From Candidatus Methanomethylicaceae archaeon (lineage in GTDB: Archaea; Thermoproteota; Methanomethylicia; Methanomethylicales; Methanomethylicaceae): a stretch of 64,000 nucleotides of DNA. Position numbers and translations under genes: made by a program. This document shows positions 8,616-18,474 of the stretch, piece after piece; the first letter of the stretch is position 1; the number at the start of each line of letters is the position of its first letter. The DNA lies in contig JANXER010000001.1 of NCBI GenBank assembly GCA_025057955.1, positions 46,917-110,916 on the forward strand, read 5' to 3'. The notes under the pieces were generated by a model, which saw only the letters and a program-made list of their open reading frames with translations, was not told the DNA's origin and did no database searches.

Positions 8616-8699
8616 GCCGGGGTGGCTGAGTGGTTAAGGCGCCGGCCTTGAGAGCCGGTCCCCCTATGGGGGTCAAGGGTTCGAATCCCTTCCCCGGCG
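8616..8699 (+). tRNA. tRNA-Ser(TGA)
   Basis: Acceptor GCCGGGG/CCCCGGC, G discriminator; anticodon arm CCGGC-CT TGA GA-GCCGG; long variable arm CCCCC-TAT-GGGGG; T arm AAGGG TTCGAAT CCCTT. Confidence 0.95.
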
Positions 8700-8771
8700 C
8701 TAAACATTCATTTTTAGACCATTAGTAAAGTATGGTGCATGATTTTAGGAAGATTGCAAGCTGCTATTAAA

Positions 8772-10301
8772 TTATATTGAGTGGTTAATTTTTTTAACCC
8801 ATGCATTCTCAACGGAAAGACCACGCCATTTTATTTGAAAGCCACACATAGTTATTATTGATATGGCATCTGGTAGATTGAAACGTTCTAAAGCTTCTAA
8901 AACTTTTTTTAAAGGGGCTTCATCATTTACTAAATTTATAAGCATTTCTCTTATTTCTTCCATAAGCCTTTTCTCAATAAAGGTATTTCCAATCAATACA
9001 TGAGTTTTTACCTTATCAGCAGCAGCCCTTATGGCTTCAAGAGGAAGTTTCAATCTTTTAGCTATTTCATCTATAGTCTCTATGGGTGCTTTTATATCTA
9101 AGCTCAATTCAGAAGCACATTTTTTAACCTCTTCTTCCATTATGGATTGAAGAAAGGATAAAACTTCCCTCAAGGGGATTTTATCTTTATAATATATAAG
9201 ATGAAGATTTGGATTTGAGGATAATTTCTCAACTTTATCACATGCTAAAGATTCATTTATTGCAACTATTATTGGTTCTTTAACATTCTTAAGCTTCTCT
9301 AGTTTTCTCATCAAATACTCCCTAGTCCAAAAACCAACAATTTCCATAATGACTTTCTTATTTGTAAAGTGAAATGAAAAATCTGGAATCATAATGCAAT
9401 TTTCCAAATAAATTGGTTCAGTCTCTCTTTTTATAATCCAAGGTGTATTTAAAGCTTTGAATTCAGCAGCAAATTCTTCTTCTAAAGCACTATCATAGCT
9501 TTCCTTCAACTCAAAGCATGGAAATAACCATGCATGTTTTTTACTATCTAGTTTAAAACAAAAAATTTTATTTCTATATAATATATTGGACTCTATTTGC
9601 CAATGTCTTCCAGATAAAATCTCTGGAAGAACCTTTGCCATAGCCATTCCATAACGTCTAGTAAGCTTAAGAATGGATGCAGGACCATCGATTTTAAACC
9701 ATCCAGATCCCTTTAGACTATATATCAAACCGTAGTATTTTATTGCTCTGAATATCCTTTGCCAATTTCCACCAACTGAAAAATTCATTTCAATGGCATG
9801 AAAAAGAAGAGTTTGTGTTAAGGATAGATTATATTCTTTAAGTAGATCCATTGGATTAATTTTCTTAACATTTAAAAGTATATCCTCTGATTTCAAATCA
9901 GCATAAATTGATTGTTCAATTTCCTCTGGCGTTAACTTAAACTCTTTAGCAATAATTTCTATAATTTTATTTCTCTCCTCTTGATTAATAGGATATCCTA
10001 GTTCTGAGGCTTTTTCAAATAATGCTTGTCTAATCGCTTTAGGATCAATTGAATATGAGGATTTAAAGAGGCATTCACGCTCAATAAGCGTAGAAAGACC
10101 TCTCACTAATTTATAGCTTCCATATAAATTTTCCAAATCAGTAATTTTCTCTTTAATTTCTCTTCTTCTTAATCCAATGCTATTTTCATATGTTTGAATA
10201 ATTGCTCTAGTAATGGATAAATCAACATCATTAAGCTTTGAATATTTTGGCCAAATATGATTTCCTCGATGTACAATTGGAAGAAGTTCAAATGGAAGCA
10301 C
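8772..10301 (-). CDS. bax1: DUF790 family nuclease (Bax1), XPB partner
   Basis: YNLSLTQTLLF, DGPASIL..TRRYG, YDSALEEEF, IPDFSF, MEIVGFWTREYL..KL; coupled to XPB. Confidence 0.88.
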   Translation of the reverse strand: MLPFELLPIVHRGNHIWPKYSKLNDVDLSITRAIIQTYENSIGLRRREIKEKITDLENLYGSYKLVRGLSTLIERECLFKSSYSIDPKAIRQALFEKASELGYPINQEERNKIIEIIAKEFKLTPEEIEQSIYADLKSEDILLNVKKINPMDLLKEYNLSLTQTLLFHAIEMNFSVGGNWQRIFRAIKYYGLIYSLKGSGWFKIDGPASILKLTRRYGMAMAKVLPEILSGRHWQIESNILYRNKIFCFKLDSKKHAWLFPCFELKESYDSALEEEFAAEFKALNTPWIIKRETEPIYLENCIMIPDFSFHFTNKKVIMEIVGFWTREYLMRKLEKLKNVKEPIIVAINESLACDKVEKLSSNPNLHLIYYKDKIPLREVLSFLQSIMEEEVKKCASELSLDIKAPIETIDEIAKRLKLPLEAIRAAADKVKTHVLIGNTFIEKRLMEEIREMLINLVNDEAPLKKVLEALERFNLPDAISIITMCGFQIKWRGLSVENAWVKKINHSI

Positions 10302-11629
10302 TATTTCATCCTCCGCCTTCTACTGAAGTCTACATCCTTTGTCTCTCTAGAAATAATTTCAAATAATATTGCTCTCTTACCTTCCCTCTTTCTAAGAAGC
10401 CTTCCAAGGCGCTGTATATGTTGGCGTGGACTTCCATAACCAGCTAGTACAATTCCTCTACTTGCATCTGGTACATCTATACCTTCATCAAGCACTAAGC
10501 TAGTTACTATGGCTTTATATTCACCAGATTTGAATTTCTCAAGTATTATTTTTCTTTCTTCTTCAGAAGTTTCATGGGTTATTGCAGGAATTAAAAATCT
10601 TCTGCTTATTTCATAAACTAAACTATTATGAAGTGTAAATATTATGGTTTTTTCATTAGAAGATTTAAGTTGCTCTTTTAGAAAACTCATTTTAGATTCT
10701 GAATTAAGAGCAATTTTCAGTGCCTTTGCTCTTGCAAGAAGTGCTTCTCTAGCTTCTGGATTGGTTGCAGACATGGCTATTAATTTTTGAAAATCCTTAT
10801 TACTTTCCATGCGAATGCCATGCTTTTCAAGAAATGAAGTATATATTTTCCACAATCTATCGTATTCTTCTCTTTCCTCTGGTGTTAAATCAACATATAT
10901 TCTCTTATGTTCATATGGAGCAATATAAACTCCTGCGAGATCATCATGGGTAGCTTCATAAACTACTCCTCCTATTAACCTTGGAGCATCAAGATGGCGC
11001 ATATCACTTCTATGAAGTGTGCTAGTGAGTCCCATTCTATATGGGGCAGCAAAAATCTCAGCAATATGACAATAAGCTGGTGCAAATATATGATGGGCTT
11101 CATCAGCTATAAGAAGTTCAAATTTATCTCCAAGCTCTTCAGCCCTAATATATGCGGAGTCATAAGTTGAAACCGTAACCCACTTAATATCAGCCTTACC
11201 ACCCCCTAAAATTCCTGCATTAATGCCAAGAATTTTCTCCAAGCGCTCCATCCATTGATCTATTAAGGCTAGTGTTGGAGCTAATATTATTGTGCTTTTT
11301 CTTAGAACCTCTATAGCCTTGAGTCCAATAAAGGTTTTACCTCCAGCTGTAGCAATACATATAGTTCCCCAACAACCATTATCCATCCATCTTTCAAATG
11401 CTTCCTTTTGAAATGGATAGAGCTCTACACTTCCACTAAATTGTTGAGGAGAAATTGGTTTCAAAACTTCATCCTTGAAGGGAATTTTGCTTCTTTCTAA
11501 ATATCTCACTATATCTCTATAGCAATATGCAGGTGCTCTATAAGCTCTAACTCTAGGATCCCATTGACCATATGGTGTTGGAATATCACCATGTATTATT
11601 ATAGTTCCCTTGGAGTAGCTTAGCCTCAA
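10301..11629 (-). CDS. xpb: XPB/Rad25 SF2 DNA helicase
   Basis: ATAGGKT, DEAHH, GLTST, VLDEGIDVPDA, QRLGRLLR; RAPAYCY N-terminal motif. Confidence 0.9.
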   Translation of the reverse strand: MRLSYSKGTIIIHGDIPTPYGQWDPRVRAYRAPAYCYRDIVRYLERSKIPFKDEVLKPISPQQFSGSVELYPFQKEAFERWMDNGCWGTICIATAGGKTFIGLKAIEVLRKSTIILAPTLALIDQWMERLEKILGINAGILGGGKADIKWVTVSTYDSAYIRAEELGDKFELLIADEAHHIFAPAYCHIAEIFAAPYRMGLTSTLHRSDMRHLDAPRLIGGVVYEATHDDLAGVYIAPYEHKRIYVDLTPEEREEYDRLWKIYTSFLEKHGIRMESNKDFQKLIAMSATNPEAREALLARAKALKIALNSESKMSFLKEQLKSSNEKTIIFTLHNSLVYEISRRFLIPAITHETSEEERKIILEKFKSGEYKAIVTSLVLDEGIDVPDASRGIVLAGYGSPRQHIQRLGRLLRKREGKRAILFEIISRETKDVDFSRRRRMK

Positions 11630-11668
11630 GGATCTCGGAATATAATTGAAAAAACAATTTTATAATTC

Positions 11669-12781
11669 TTATGATAGAAGCCATATGTTTCCTATAGACA
11701 CATTATCAAGATATTTCAACGCCACTTCTTTACACTTTAATGCTAAAGATCTACTCGTCCTAGGTAAATCCTCCATAAGAAAACACCCATAAAATCCTAA
11801 AAGAGTATAGGGAATGCTTCGATTTATTGAGCTTATAAATTCTGCAATATTTCTTACCTCTTCCACATCAATATATCCTGGCACTAATAATGTGCTCACT
11901 GATATTAAAGGCACCTCCAGCCTTTTCTCATAAAACTTACCAAGAAGTTTCAAATTATTAAGGGATGATCTATTGGAAGTTCCACATAGAATTATATTGA
12001 GGTTTTCATCCCAAGATTTTATATCAAACTTTATATTTCCACCGCTTTCCAATGCATATTCTCCCATCATTGGTATGAAATCTTCAGAGATATTTCCATT
12101 GGTCTCCCAACAAAGTCTTAATATTCTATTTGATTCCTTTGCTTTTTCTAAGGCAATTTTGCTGGTCTCCAAGCAATGTGGCATTTGAGTGGAGGGATCT
12201 CCTCCAAAATAACATATACATGATACACTTTTTTTCTCAGCTTTTGCTGCTAAGTCTTTAGCACTTATGAAACTTTTCAAACCAACGGTAAGCTTTCTGA
12301 AGTGCCAATTCTGACAATAAAGACAATCATAGCTACATGAACCATAAAAAACAGCAAGATTTTCATGAAATATTTCAGGTCCTTGAGAATAAGAATATTT
12401 TGGATAGCCTCTTCCAGTACATCCTGGACAAAACCAAGATGCTACACAATTAGTAGGTAGAGGATCATAATACCATTCCAAAATTCCTCTATCCGGACTT
12501 CCACCAAGTCGAATTAAACGTCCTTCAATATTCTTAACTAAGCCACAAAATCCAATTTCTCCTATTCCAATAGAGCAACTATTTGCACAACCATTACACT
12601 TTATTCCATTTGGATTTCTAAGTGGACTCGGAGGCAATCCAAATTTCAATCTTGCAGATGCTCGCCTCTTTTGAGCAATTTCTAGAGCTTCTTCTGGCCT
12701 TTTCCTTATACAATTAAGGCATATTGAGAGAAAGCTTGATATGGTTGGATGTGATATATGGCAAAGCGAACATTTACCCAT
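11669..12781 (-). CDS. Radical SAM protein (PFL-activase/AmmeMemoRadiSam-like) with Cys-rich N-terminus
   Basis: CSYDCLYCQNW CxxxCxxC; YYDPLPTNC; ICYFGGDP; ETNG; STLLVPGYID. Confidence 0.85.
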   Translation of the reverse strand: MGKCSLCHISHPTISSFLSICLNCIRKRPEEALEIAQKRRASARLKFGLPPSPLRNPNGIKCNGCANSCSIGIGEIGFCGLVKNIEGRLIRLGGSPDRGILEWYYDPLPTNCVASWFCPGCTGRGYPKYSYSQGPEIFHENLAVFYGSCSYDCLYCQNWHFRKLTVGLKSFISAKDLAAKAEKKSVSCICYFGGDPSTQMPHCLETSKIALEKAKESNRILRLCWETNGNISEDFIPMMGEYALESGGNIKFDIKSWDENLNIILCGTSNRSSLNNLKLLGKFYEKRLEVPLISVSTLLVPGYIDVEEVRNIAEFISSINRSIPYTLLGFYGCFLMEDLPRTSRSLALKCKEVALKYLDNVSIGNIWLLS

Positions 12782-12804
12782 ATGTTATAGATTGTAATCT
12801 AATT

Positions 12805-13251
12805 TTAAATTCCTATCCAATAAGCACCCTCTGCTGTATATTCTTTCTTCCATATTGGAATTTCATGTTTAACTTTTTCCAAAGTTGCCCTTATGGCATC
12901 TATGGCTTTTTCACTTCTTTCAGCTGCAACAATAATGTATAGCACATCTTCACCAGGCGAAAAGACTCCATATTTATGACAAACGGCAACATCAATTATT
13001 CCACCCATCATATATATTGTATTTGCAATATTTTCCAAGGATCTTTTAGCAATTTCCTCGAATACCTCATATTCCAATTTTTCCACTTTTTTCCCATCTA
13101 GAGTTTTTCCTCTAACAACCCCTATGAAAGCTACAATTGCACCATAGTTTTTATCTTTTATATTATCCTTAAGCATTTTCATAAGAGATGAAAGATCGAT
13201 AGCATCCTCTTTTTTTGCAAGTAAACCAATTGGCATAAATATGTATTCCAT
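12805..13251 (-). CDS. moaE: Molybdopterin synthase catalytic subunit
   Basis: GAIVAFIGVVR, LEYE, VKHEIPIWKKE. Confidence 0.9.
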   Translation of the reverse strand: MEYIFMPIGLLAKKEDAIDLSSLMKMLKDNIKDKNYGAIVAFIGVVRGKTLDGKKVEKLEYEVFEEIAKRSLENIANTIYMMGGIIDVAVCHKYGVFSPGEDVLYIIVAAERSEKAIDAIRATLEKVKHEIPIWKKEYTAEGAYWIGI

Positions 13252-13274
13252 CTATCTTTTATTAATCATTTACT

Positions 13275-14429
13275 ATGTTAATTGAAAATCTTCTAGACTA
13301 TGAAGATAATCTTTTGAGAAGCTTAATAGAGATATATGGAGCTAGGTTAAGCGCAATTATAAGTGCTATATCAAGGCCTCCCAAGGAGTATGCTCTTCGT
13401 GTAAATACTCTAAGGACGGATATTTACAAAGTCATAAATGAAATAAATGAAATGGGGTTTAATTGTAGAGCTTCTGAAATAATAGATGAAGCAGTTTTAG
13501 TGGAAATTAAGGGCCCCTATCAAGTGGAAAAATTAGGAAAATTAGTGGTTGCAAAAAAAGGAGCTGCTGAAAGTGTAATGTTAGGGAGCAAATTATATGC
13601 CCCTGGAGTATTGAGGTGTGAAAAATATAGAGTTGGAGAAATGGTACGCATAGAGGATCCAAGGGGGCATATAGTTGGTAGAGGTATTGCATTAATGCCA
13701 CCAAAAGTAGATGATAAGAAAAAGCGAGGATTGGCTGTGGATACAAAGGAATCAATATATAGACTTCCTCCATTCAGAGAGACTTCACTTTATAAATTAG
13801 GACTTATTAGAGAGCAAGGAATACCTGCTATGATTGTTTCAAGAGAACTAGAGCCAAAAAAGGGAGAAATTATTGTAGATATGTGCGCTGCTCCAGGAGG
13901 TAAGACATTACATATAGCTCAGCTCATAGAGGATCAAGGAAGAATTTATGCCTTCGATAATTCTAAGGATAGATTAATGAGTTTAATTGAAGATGCTGAA
14001 AGGCTTGGCTTTAAAAGCATAATTCCAATATGTCATGATTCAAGATTTTTAGATGTAGATTTTCCCTCACTTAAAGCGGATAAAGTATTAGTTGATCCTC
14101 CATGTTCAGCCCTAGGCGTAAGGCCAAAGCTTTATGAGGATTCTAATTATAAAAGAGTTTTAGGATGTGCAGAATATCAAAAACAATTCATGAAGGTAGC
14201 AAGTAAAATAGTAAAGAAGGGAGGAATAATCGTTTATTCCACATGCACTTTAACCTTAGAGGAAAATGAGAAAATCGTGGAATTTGCTCTAGAGAACTTA
14301 GGGCTAGAACTTGAGGATCAATATATTAAAGTAGGAGAGGAGGGATTTGGAATTAAGCTTGTGCAGAGATTTAATCCCGATAAACTTGAAATGCCAGGAT
14401 ATTTTATAGCTAAATTTGTGAAAAAATGA
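13275..14429 (+). CDS. PUA-domain RsmB/NOP2 (NSUN6-like) RNA m5C methyltransferase
   Basis: LRVNTL, PUA AESVMLGSKLYAPGV, DMCAAPGGKT, VLVDPPCSALG, VYSTCTL..EENE. Confidence 0.9.
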   Translation: MLIENLLDYEDNLLRSLIEIYGARLSAIISAISRPPKEYALRVNTLRTDIYKVINEINEMGFNCRASEIIDEAVLVEIKGPYQVEKLGKLVVAKKGAAESVMLGSKLYAPGVLRCEKYRVGEMVRIEDPRGHIVGRGIALMPPKVDDKKKRGLAVDTKESIYRLPPFRETSLYKLGLIREQGIPAMIVSRELEPKKGEIIVDMCAAPGGKTLHIAQLIEDQGRIYAFDNSKDRLMSLIEDAERLGFKSIIPICHDSRFLDVDFPSLKADKVLVDPPCSALGVRPKLYEDSNYKRVLGCAEYQKQFMKVASKIVKKGGIIVYSTCTLTLEENEKIVEFALENLGLELEDQYIKVGEEGFGIKLVQRFNPDKLEMPGYFIAKFVKK

Positions 14430-14983
14430 AGAAAATAATATTAGCAATTACAGAAAATTCTAACCATGAATTATTAACAATTGCAGAAAGTAGCTATAGG
14501 AAAAAATTTTCAAATTTAAAAATTTATGAGAAACCCATTTCCATTACTAAAGTTCCCTATAGAATCAATATTAAGGGGGAGAGACAATATCTTGCAGATG
14601 CTATATTGAAGGAAGGAGCTTCTTTATTGGAGGAGAACTCTGTATTAATTATCATTACAGACTTCGATATTTATACATATGGAACTAACTATATATTTGG
14701 TTTAGCAACTAAATATATGGGAATAGTTTCCTCCGCAAGAATAAATCCAAAATTTTGGAGCCAAATTCCTGAGATATATCAATATACAACAATGGGAAGG
14801 GAATTCTTTATAAAACAGTATGAAAAAGTTCTTTTACATGAATTAGGTCATACAATATCATTAACTCATTGTAATAATATCAAATGTGTGATGAAATTTT
14901 CAAATTCTCCAATAGAACTTTATTCAAAGGGAGAGAATTATTGCGAAAAGTGTCAAAAGTACATTAATGCTCATTTTTTATGA
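14426..14983 (+). CDS. amzA: Archaemetzincin Zn protease
   Basis: RQYLAD, YIFGLA, HELGHTISLTHC, CVMKFS, CEKC. Confidence 0.85.
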   Translation: MKKIILAITENSNHELLTIAESSYRKKFSNLKIYEKPISITKVPYRINIKGERQYLADAILKEGASLLEENSVLIIITDFDIYTYGTNYIFGLATKYMGIVSSARINPKFWSQIPEIYQYTTMGREFFIKQYEKVLLHELGHTISLTHCNNIKCVMKFSNSPIELYSKGENYCEKCQKYINAHFL

Positions 14984-15468
14984 ACTTTTCTCTTTAAGTA
15001 ATGCCCACAAACCCTACAAAACTTCTCAAGTGGACCATAGGTAGCACCACACGCAGGACAATAGATTAGCCAAAAGTATCTCTTTTTAATTCCCTCAGTC
15101 ATCATAGACTTAAATTTTAAGGATAATAAAGAACATAAATTTTGTAGACCATAATCATCGCTAACTATTATTGGATCCTTTCCCTCTTCTTTTAATTCAA
15201 GGGCTAAAGCTATAATACTTAAGTCAGTTTCCGAAAGATCCCATAAATCTCCGCTAGTATTTGCCTTTTGTCTTACAAGCTCTATAAATTCATGTCTAGG
15301 TGATTTCAATATTAATTTTCCTAGTGAAAGGCATAAATCTATAAAATCCCTAAGTCTGCTCCTTGAAAGCTCAGATATAACATTAGGAGTTATATAGTGT
15401 TCGCCCTTTACAAGCTGAGGATTAAAACCATGTATAAAGGCGGAGGTATCCAATATATATACTCTCAT
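14971..15468 (-). CDS. nob1: Nob1 PIN-domain pre-rRNA endonuclease
   Basis: ILDTSAFI, LSETD, SDDYGLQN, Zn ribbon CPAC/CRVCG. Confidence 0.9.
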   Translation of the reverse strand: MRVYILDTSAFIHGFNPQLVKGEHYITPNVISELSRSRLRDFIDLCLSLGKLILKSPRHEFIELVRQKANTSGDLWDLSETDLSIIALALELKEEGKDPIIVSDDYGLQNLCSLLSLKFKSMMTEGIKKRYFWLIYCPACGATYGPLEKFCRVCGHYLKRKVHKK

Positions 15469-16259
15469 AAAATCATCTTATCCTTTATACGTTCATAGAA
15501 CTTATATGGTTCAATTCTAATGAATTTAACTTGTTTCTTTGATTTCTCAATGATCACTGGTTTTTCACTAATAACCATACAAACTTCATCTCCATCTATT
15601 ATTAGCATTCCATTTGAATTATGTAGAATTATTTCAATTTTGCTTGATAATGGTAGTATAAATGGACGAAGATTCATGGAGAGCGGACATATGAAAATAG
15701 CCTCTATGATATCCACCCAAGGATCTACTATGGCGCCTCCAGCAGATAGAGCATAAGCGCTTGCACCAGTAGATGTTGAAATAATTATGCCATCAGCCCT
15801 TCCTTTATGTAAAATAATTCCATCTTTTAAAAGGGATAAATGAATAATTTTAGATGGAATAGGGGAGGTTATTAGAGCTTCATTTAGTGCATAGTAGCTT
15901 TTATCCATATACCTTACATCTAGCATGGATCTTACGTCAAAATAATATTCTCCAGATAAAATCTTACTTATTACACTCTTAGCATTTTGAGGGGTTGTTT
16001 CGCATAGAAAACCCAACGTTCCAACTTTTATTCCAAGTATTGGTACATCATTTATTTTATGCGAAGCTCTAACTATAGTTCCATCTCCACCAATAACTAT
16101 TACGAGATCGGCATGAGATTCATCAATAGCATCAAGCTTGTTCAACTCTTTATATTCTATATGAATATTTTTCAATTTTAAATATTCTCCAATTTCTTTG
16201 CTGATTTCCTCAGCCTCTTTTGATGTATGCTTATGAACTATAGCTACTTTAGATATCAC
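15465..16259 (-). CDS. nadK: NAD kinase
   Basis: GGDGT, GTLGFL, ALNE, ADGIIISTSTGASAYALSAGG. Confidence 0.92.
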   Translation of the reverse strand: MISKVAIVHKHTSKEAEEISKEIGEYLKLKNIHIEYKELNKLDAIDESHADLVIVIGGDGTIVRASHKINDVPILGIKVGTLGFLCETTPQNAKSVISKILSGEYYFDVRSMLDVRYMDKSYYALNEALITSPIPSKIIHLSLLKDGIILHKGRADGIIISTSTGASAYALSAGGAIVDPWVDIIEAIFICPLSMNLRPFILPLSSKIEIILHNSNGMLIIDGDEVCMVISEKPVIIEKSKKQVKFIRIEPYKFYERIKDKMIL

Positions 16260-16320
16260 AAGATCATTAAACTTCCTTAGTTTTAAATATTTGTTTGTAA
16301 ATATTAGGATTGGTGATTTA

Positions 16321-17346
16321 ATGGGAGAAATGACACCGAAAAAGAGAGCGCTTCTATGTATAACTGGAAATAAAAAGAAGGCAGATAGAATTTCTTGCTT
16401 TGATGTATTAACTACTGCTACAGTAGATCAAATGAATGCAGTAAAAGCACCATTTCCAGATGCGCACAGAGATCCAGAGCTATGCTTTAGACTTGCTGCA
16501 GCAGCGTGGGAAATAATTGGATTGGAAGGATTTAAGCTACCATTTGATCTTTGTATTGAGGCAGAGGCCTTAGGTTGTAAAATACATTGGGGAAGAATTG
16601 ATAGACATCCAAGTGTGGAAGCTCCTGTCTTCAATGATTTAGAAGAATTTAAAGTTCCAGAGAAAATAATAGAAATGGGAAGATTTCCAATAAAACATGG
16701 AGTAGAAGAGAGATTAAGAAGGGAATATGGAGATTATCTGCCTATTGCAAATCAAGTTACTGGACCATTCACTGTCGCTGGACATATATTTGGAATAGAA
16801 AGATTTCTAATTTGGACAAAGAAGAAACCAAGAGAGAAAATTGAGGAAGTCCTTAGGCTTATTGCTGATATCAATATAGAGGACTCCAAGGAGGCATTGC
16901 GTAGTGGAGCTGATGTTATATGCATTGCCGATCCATCAGCAACATCTGATATAATCTCTCCACAATTCTTCAAGGAAACACTAGTGCCAATATACAAATA
17001 TATGGTAAGAAAAATAGGAGCTCCAGTGGTATTACATATATGTGGAAATACAATGGCATATTTGCCATATCTTCCAGATACAGAAATAGATGCCTTCTCA
17101 GCTGATGCTCAAGTTCACATAGGGTTTGCTAAGCAAGTTCTAGGCGATAGAGTGGCAATTGTTGGTAATGTGCCCACTATAAGCGTATTATTACTTGGTA
17201 ATCCACAAACGGTTAGAAAAGCTACAATAGAGGCAATAAGCCAAGGAGTGGATGTTGTCATGCCATCTTGTGGTATACCTCCTAGAACACCAACTGAAAA
17301 CTTTAAGGCTATGGTAGAAGCTGCTCGATGTTGGGTATATGTGTGA
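16321..17346 (+). CDS. Methylcobamide:CoM methyltransferase (MT2, MtaA/MtsA-like, UroD fold)
   Basis: EMTPKKR N-terminus, EAEALGC, GPFTVAGHI, ADPSA, Zn ligands LHICG and PSCG, TPTEN; ATG 16321 after GGTGA SD. Confidence 0.88.
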   Translation: MGEMTPKKRALLCITGNKKKADRISCFDVLTTATVDQMNAVKAPFPDAHRDPELCFRLAAAAWEIIGLEGFKLPFDLCIEAEALGCKIHWGRIDRHPSVEAPVFNDLEEFKVPEKIIEMGRFPIKHGVEERLRREYGDYLPIANQVTGPFTVAGHIFGIERFLIWTKKKPREKIEEVLRLIADINIEDSKEALRSGADVICIADPSATSDIISPQFFKETLVPIYKYMVRKIGAPVVLHICGNTMAYLPYLPDTEIDAFSADAQVHIGFAKQVLGDRVAIVGNVPTISVLLLGNPQTVRKATIEAISQGVDVVMPSCGIPPRTPTENFKAMVEAARCWVYV

Positions 17347-17357
17347 GGTGAAGAGAA

Positions 17358-18032
17358 ATGGTAAATAAGGATGAAATTATAAGTAAATTTAAAGAAGCTA
17401 TAATAATTGGTGATGAAGAAGCTGCTGTAAGATTAGCTAAAGAAGCAATTGCTGCTGGTTTAGATGCTTATGAAATGGTCACAAAATACGGCGGAGAGGC
17501 TATGGAAGTTATAAATAAACAATATGAGGAAAAGAAAATTTTCGTTCCCGAGGTATTGCTTGCTGCTAATGCACTTAGTGCAGCTGTTGAAATACTTAAA
17601 CCTCATATGAAGGTTGAAAAAACATCAATACCAGCTAAAGTAGTACTAGGTGTAGTGGAAGGAGATATTCATGATATTGGAAAGAACCTTGTAAAGATAA
17701 TGTTAAGCTCTGCTGGTTTTGAAGTAATAGATCTTGGAAGGGATGTTCCCCTTCAGAAATTTATCGAAGTTGCTAAGCAGGAGAAAGCAGATGTTGTTGG
17801 AATGTCAGCATTAATGAGTACAACCATGCCTGGCATGAAGAAGGTAATAGACATGCTCAAAGATGCTGGAATAAGAAATAAAGTGAAAGTCATAGTGGGT
17901 GGAGCTCCTGTAACTGAGGAGTGGGCTCTTTCAATAGGCGCTGATGCTAGACCCAAAGATGCATCTGCAGCTGTAGGAATAACGAAGCAACTTGTTGAAA
18001 AATTGAGAAAAGAGAGAGGAGATAGCTGGTAA
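17358..18032 (+). CDS. Methyltransferase-cognate corrinoid protein (MtaC/MtsB-like)
   Basis: B12 cap (FVPEVLLAA) plus GDIHDIGKNLV, DLGRDVP, SALMSTT, VGGAP. Confidence 0.9.
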   Translation: MVNKDEIISKFKEAIIIGDEEAAVRLAKEAIAAGLDAYEMVTKYGGEAMEVINKQYEEKKIFVPEVLLAANALSAAVEILKPHMKVEKTSIPAKVVLGVVEGDIHDIGKNLVKIMLSSAGFEVIDLGRDVPLQKFIEVAKQEKADVVGMSALMSTTMPGMKKVIDMLKDAGIRNKVKVIVGGAPVTEEWALSIGADARPKDASAAVGITKQLVEKLRKERGDSW

Positions 18033-18034
18033 TA

Positions 18035-18042
18035 TTTTTTTT
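18035..18042 (+). terminator. Oligo-T terminator after corrinoid gene
   Basis: T8 run 2 bp after the stop codon. Confidence 0.5.
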
Positions 18043-18059
18043 ATTATGAGGTAATTAAT

Positions 18060-18455
18060 ATGTCAACCAAACCCGTGGAAATTGGAGATCTAAAAGAGGG
18101 GAGCTTTGTAGTTATAGATAATGTTCCATGTAGAGTAGTTTCCATTGAAAAATCGAAAACAGGAAAGCATGGATCGGCTAAGGCTAGAGTTACAGCTATA
18201 GGTTTATTTGATGGTGTGAAGAGAAGCATAGTTGCACCAGCAGATCAAAAAGTAGAAGTTCCAATAGTGGAGAAAAGATCTGGTCAAGTGCTTGCAATAA
18301 TGAAGGATACAGTACAACTAATGGATTTAACAACATATGAGACTTTTGAAATAGAGAAACCTAAAAATGAGGAATTGCTTTCAAAGCTATCCCCTGGCAT
18401 TGAAGTTGAATATTGGGAGATATTGAATAGAAGGCATATCGTAAGAATTAAATGA
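18060..18455 (+). CDS. eif5a: Translation factor aIF5A
   Basis: Hypusine motif [10 protein letters not shown]. Confidence 0.96.
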   Translation: MSTKPVEIGDLKEGSFVVIDNVPCRVVSIEKSKTGKHGSAKARVTAIGLFDGVKRSIVAPADQKVEVPIVEKRSGQVLAIMKDTVQLMDLTTYETFEIEKPKNEELLSKLSPGIEVEYWEILNRRHIVRIK

Positions 18456-18474
18456 ATTTTTATTTTGGGATACT

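Noticed and set aside
8616-8699. tRNA with TGA anticodon and long variable arm as a possible Sec or suppressor tRNA
   Set aside because: Anticodon UGA reads the Ser codon UCA; tRNA-Sec would need anticodon UCA and a longer acceptor stem
8616-11629. Possible integrated element at tRNA-Ser carrying xpb-bax1
   Set aside because: No integrase and no duplicated tRNA 3' end seen; the gene pair is commonly chromosomal
16321-18032. Pyrrolysine or selenocysteine readthrough in the methyltransferase module
   Set aside because: Both ORFs are full length for their families with no in-frame amber or opal break
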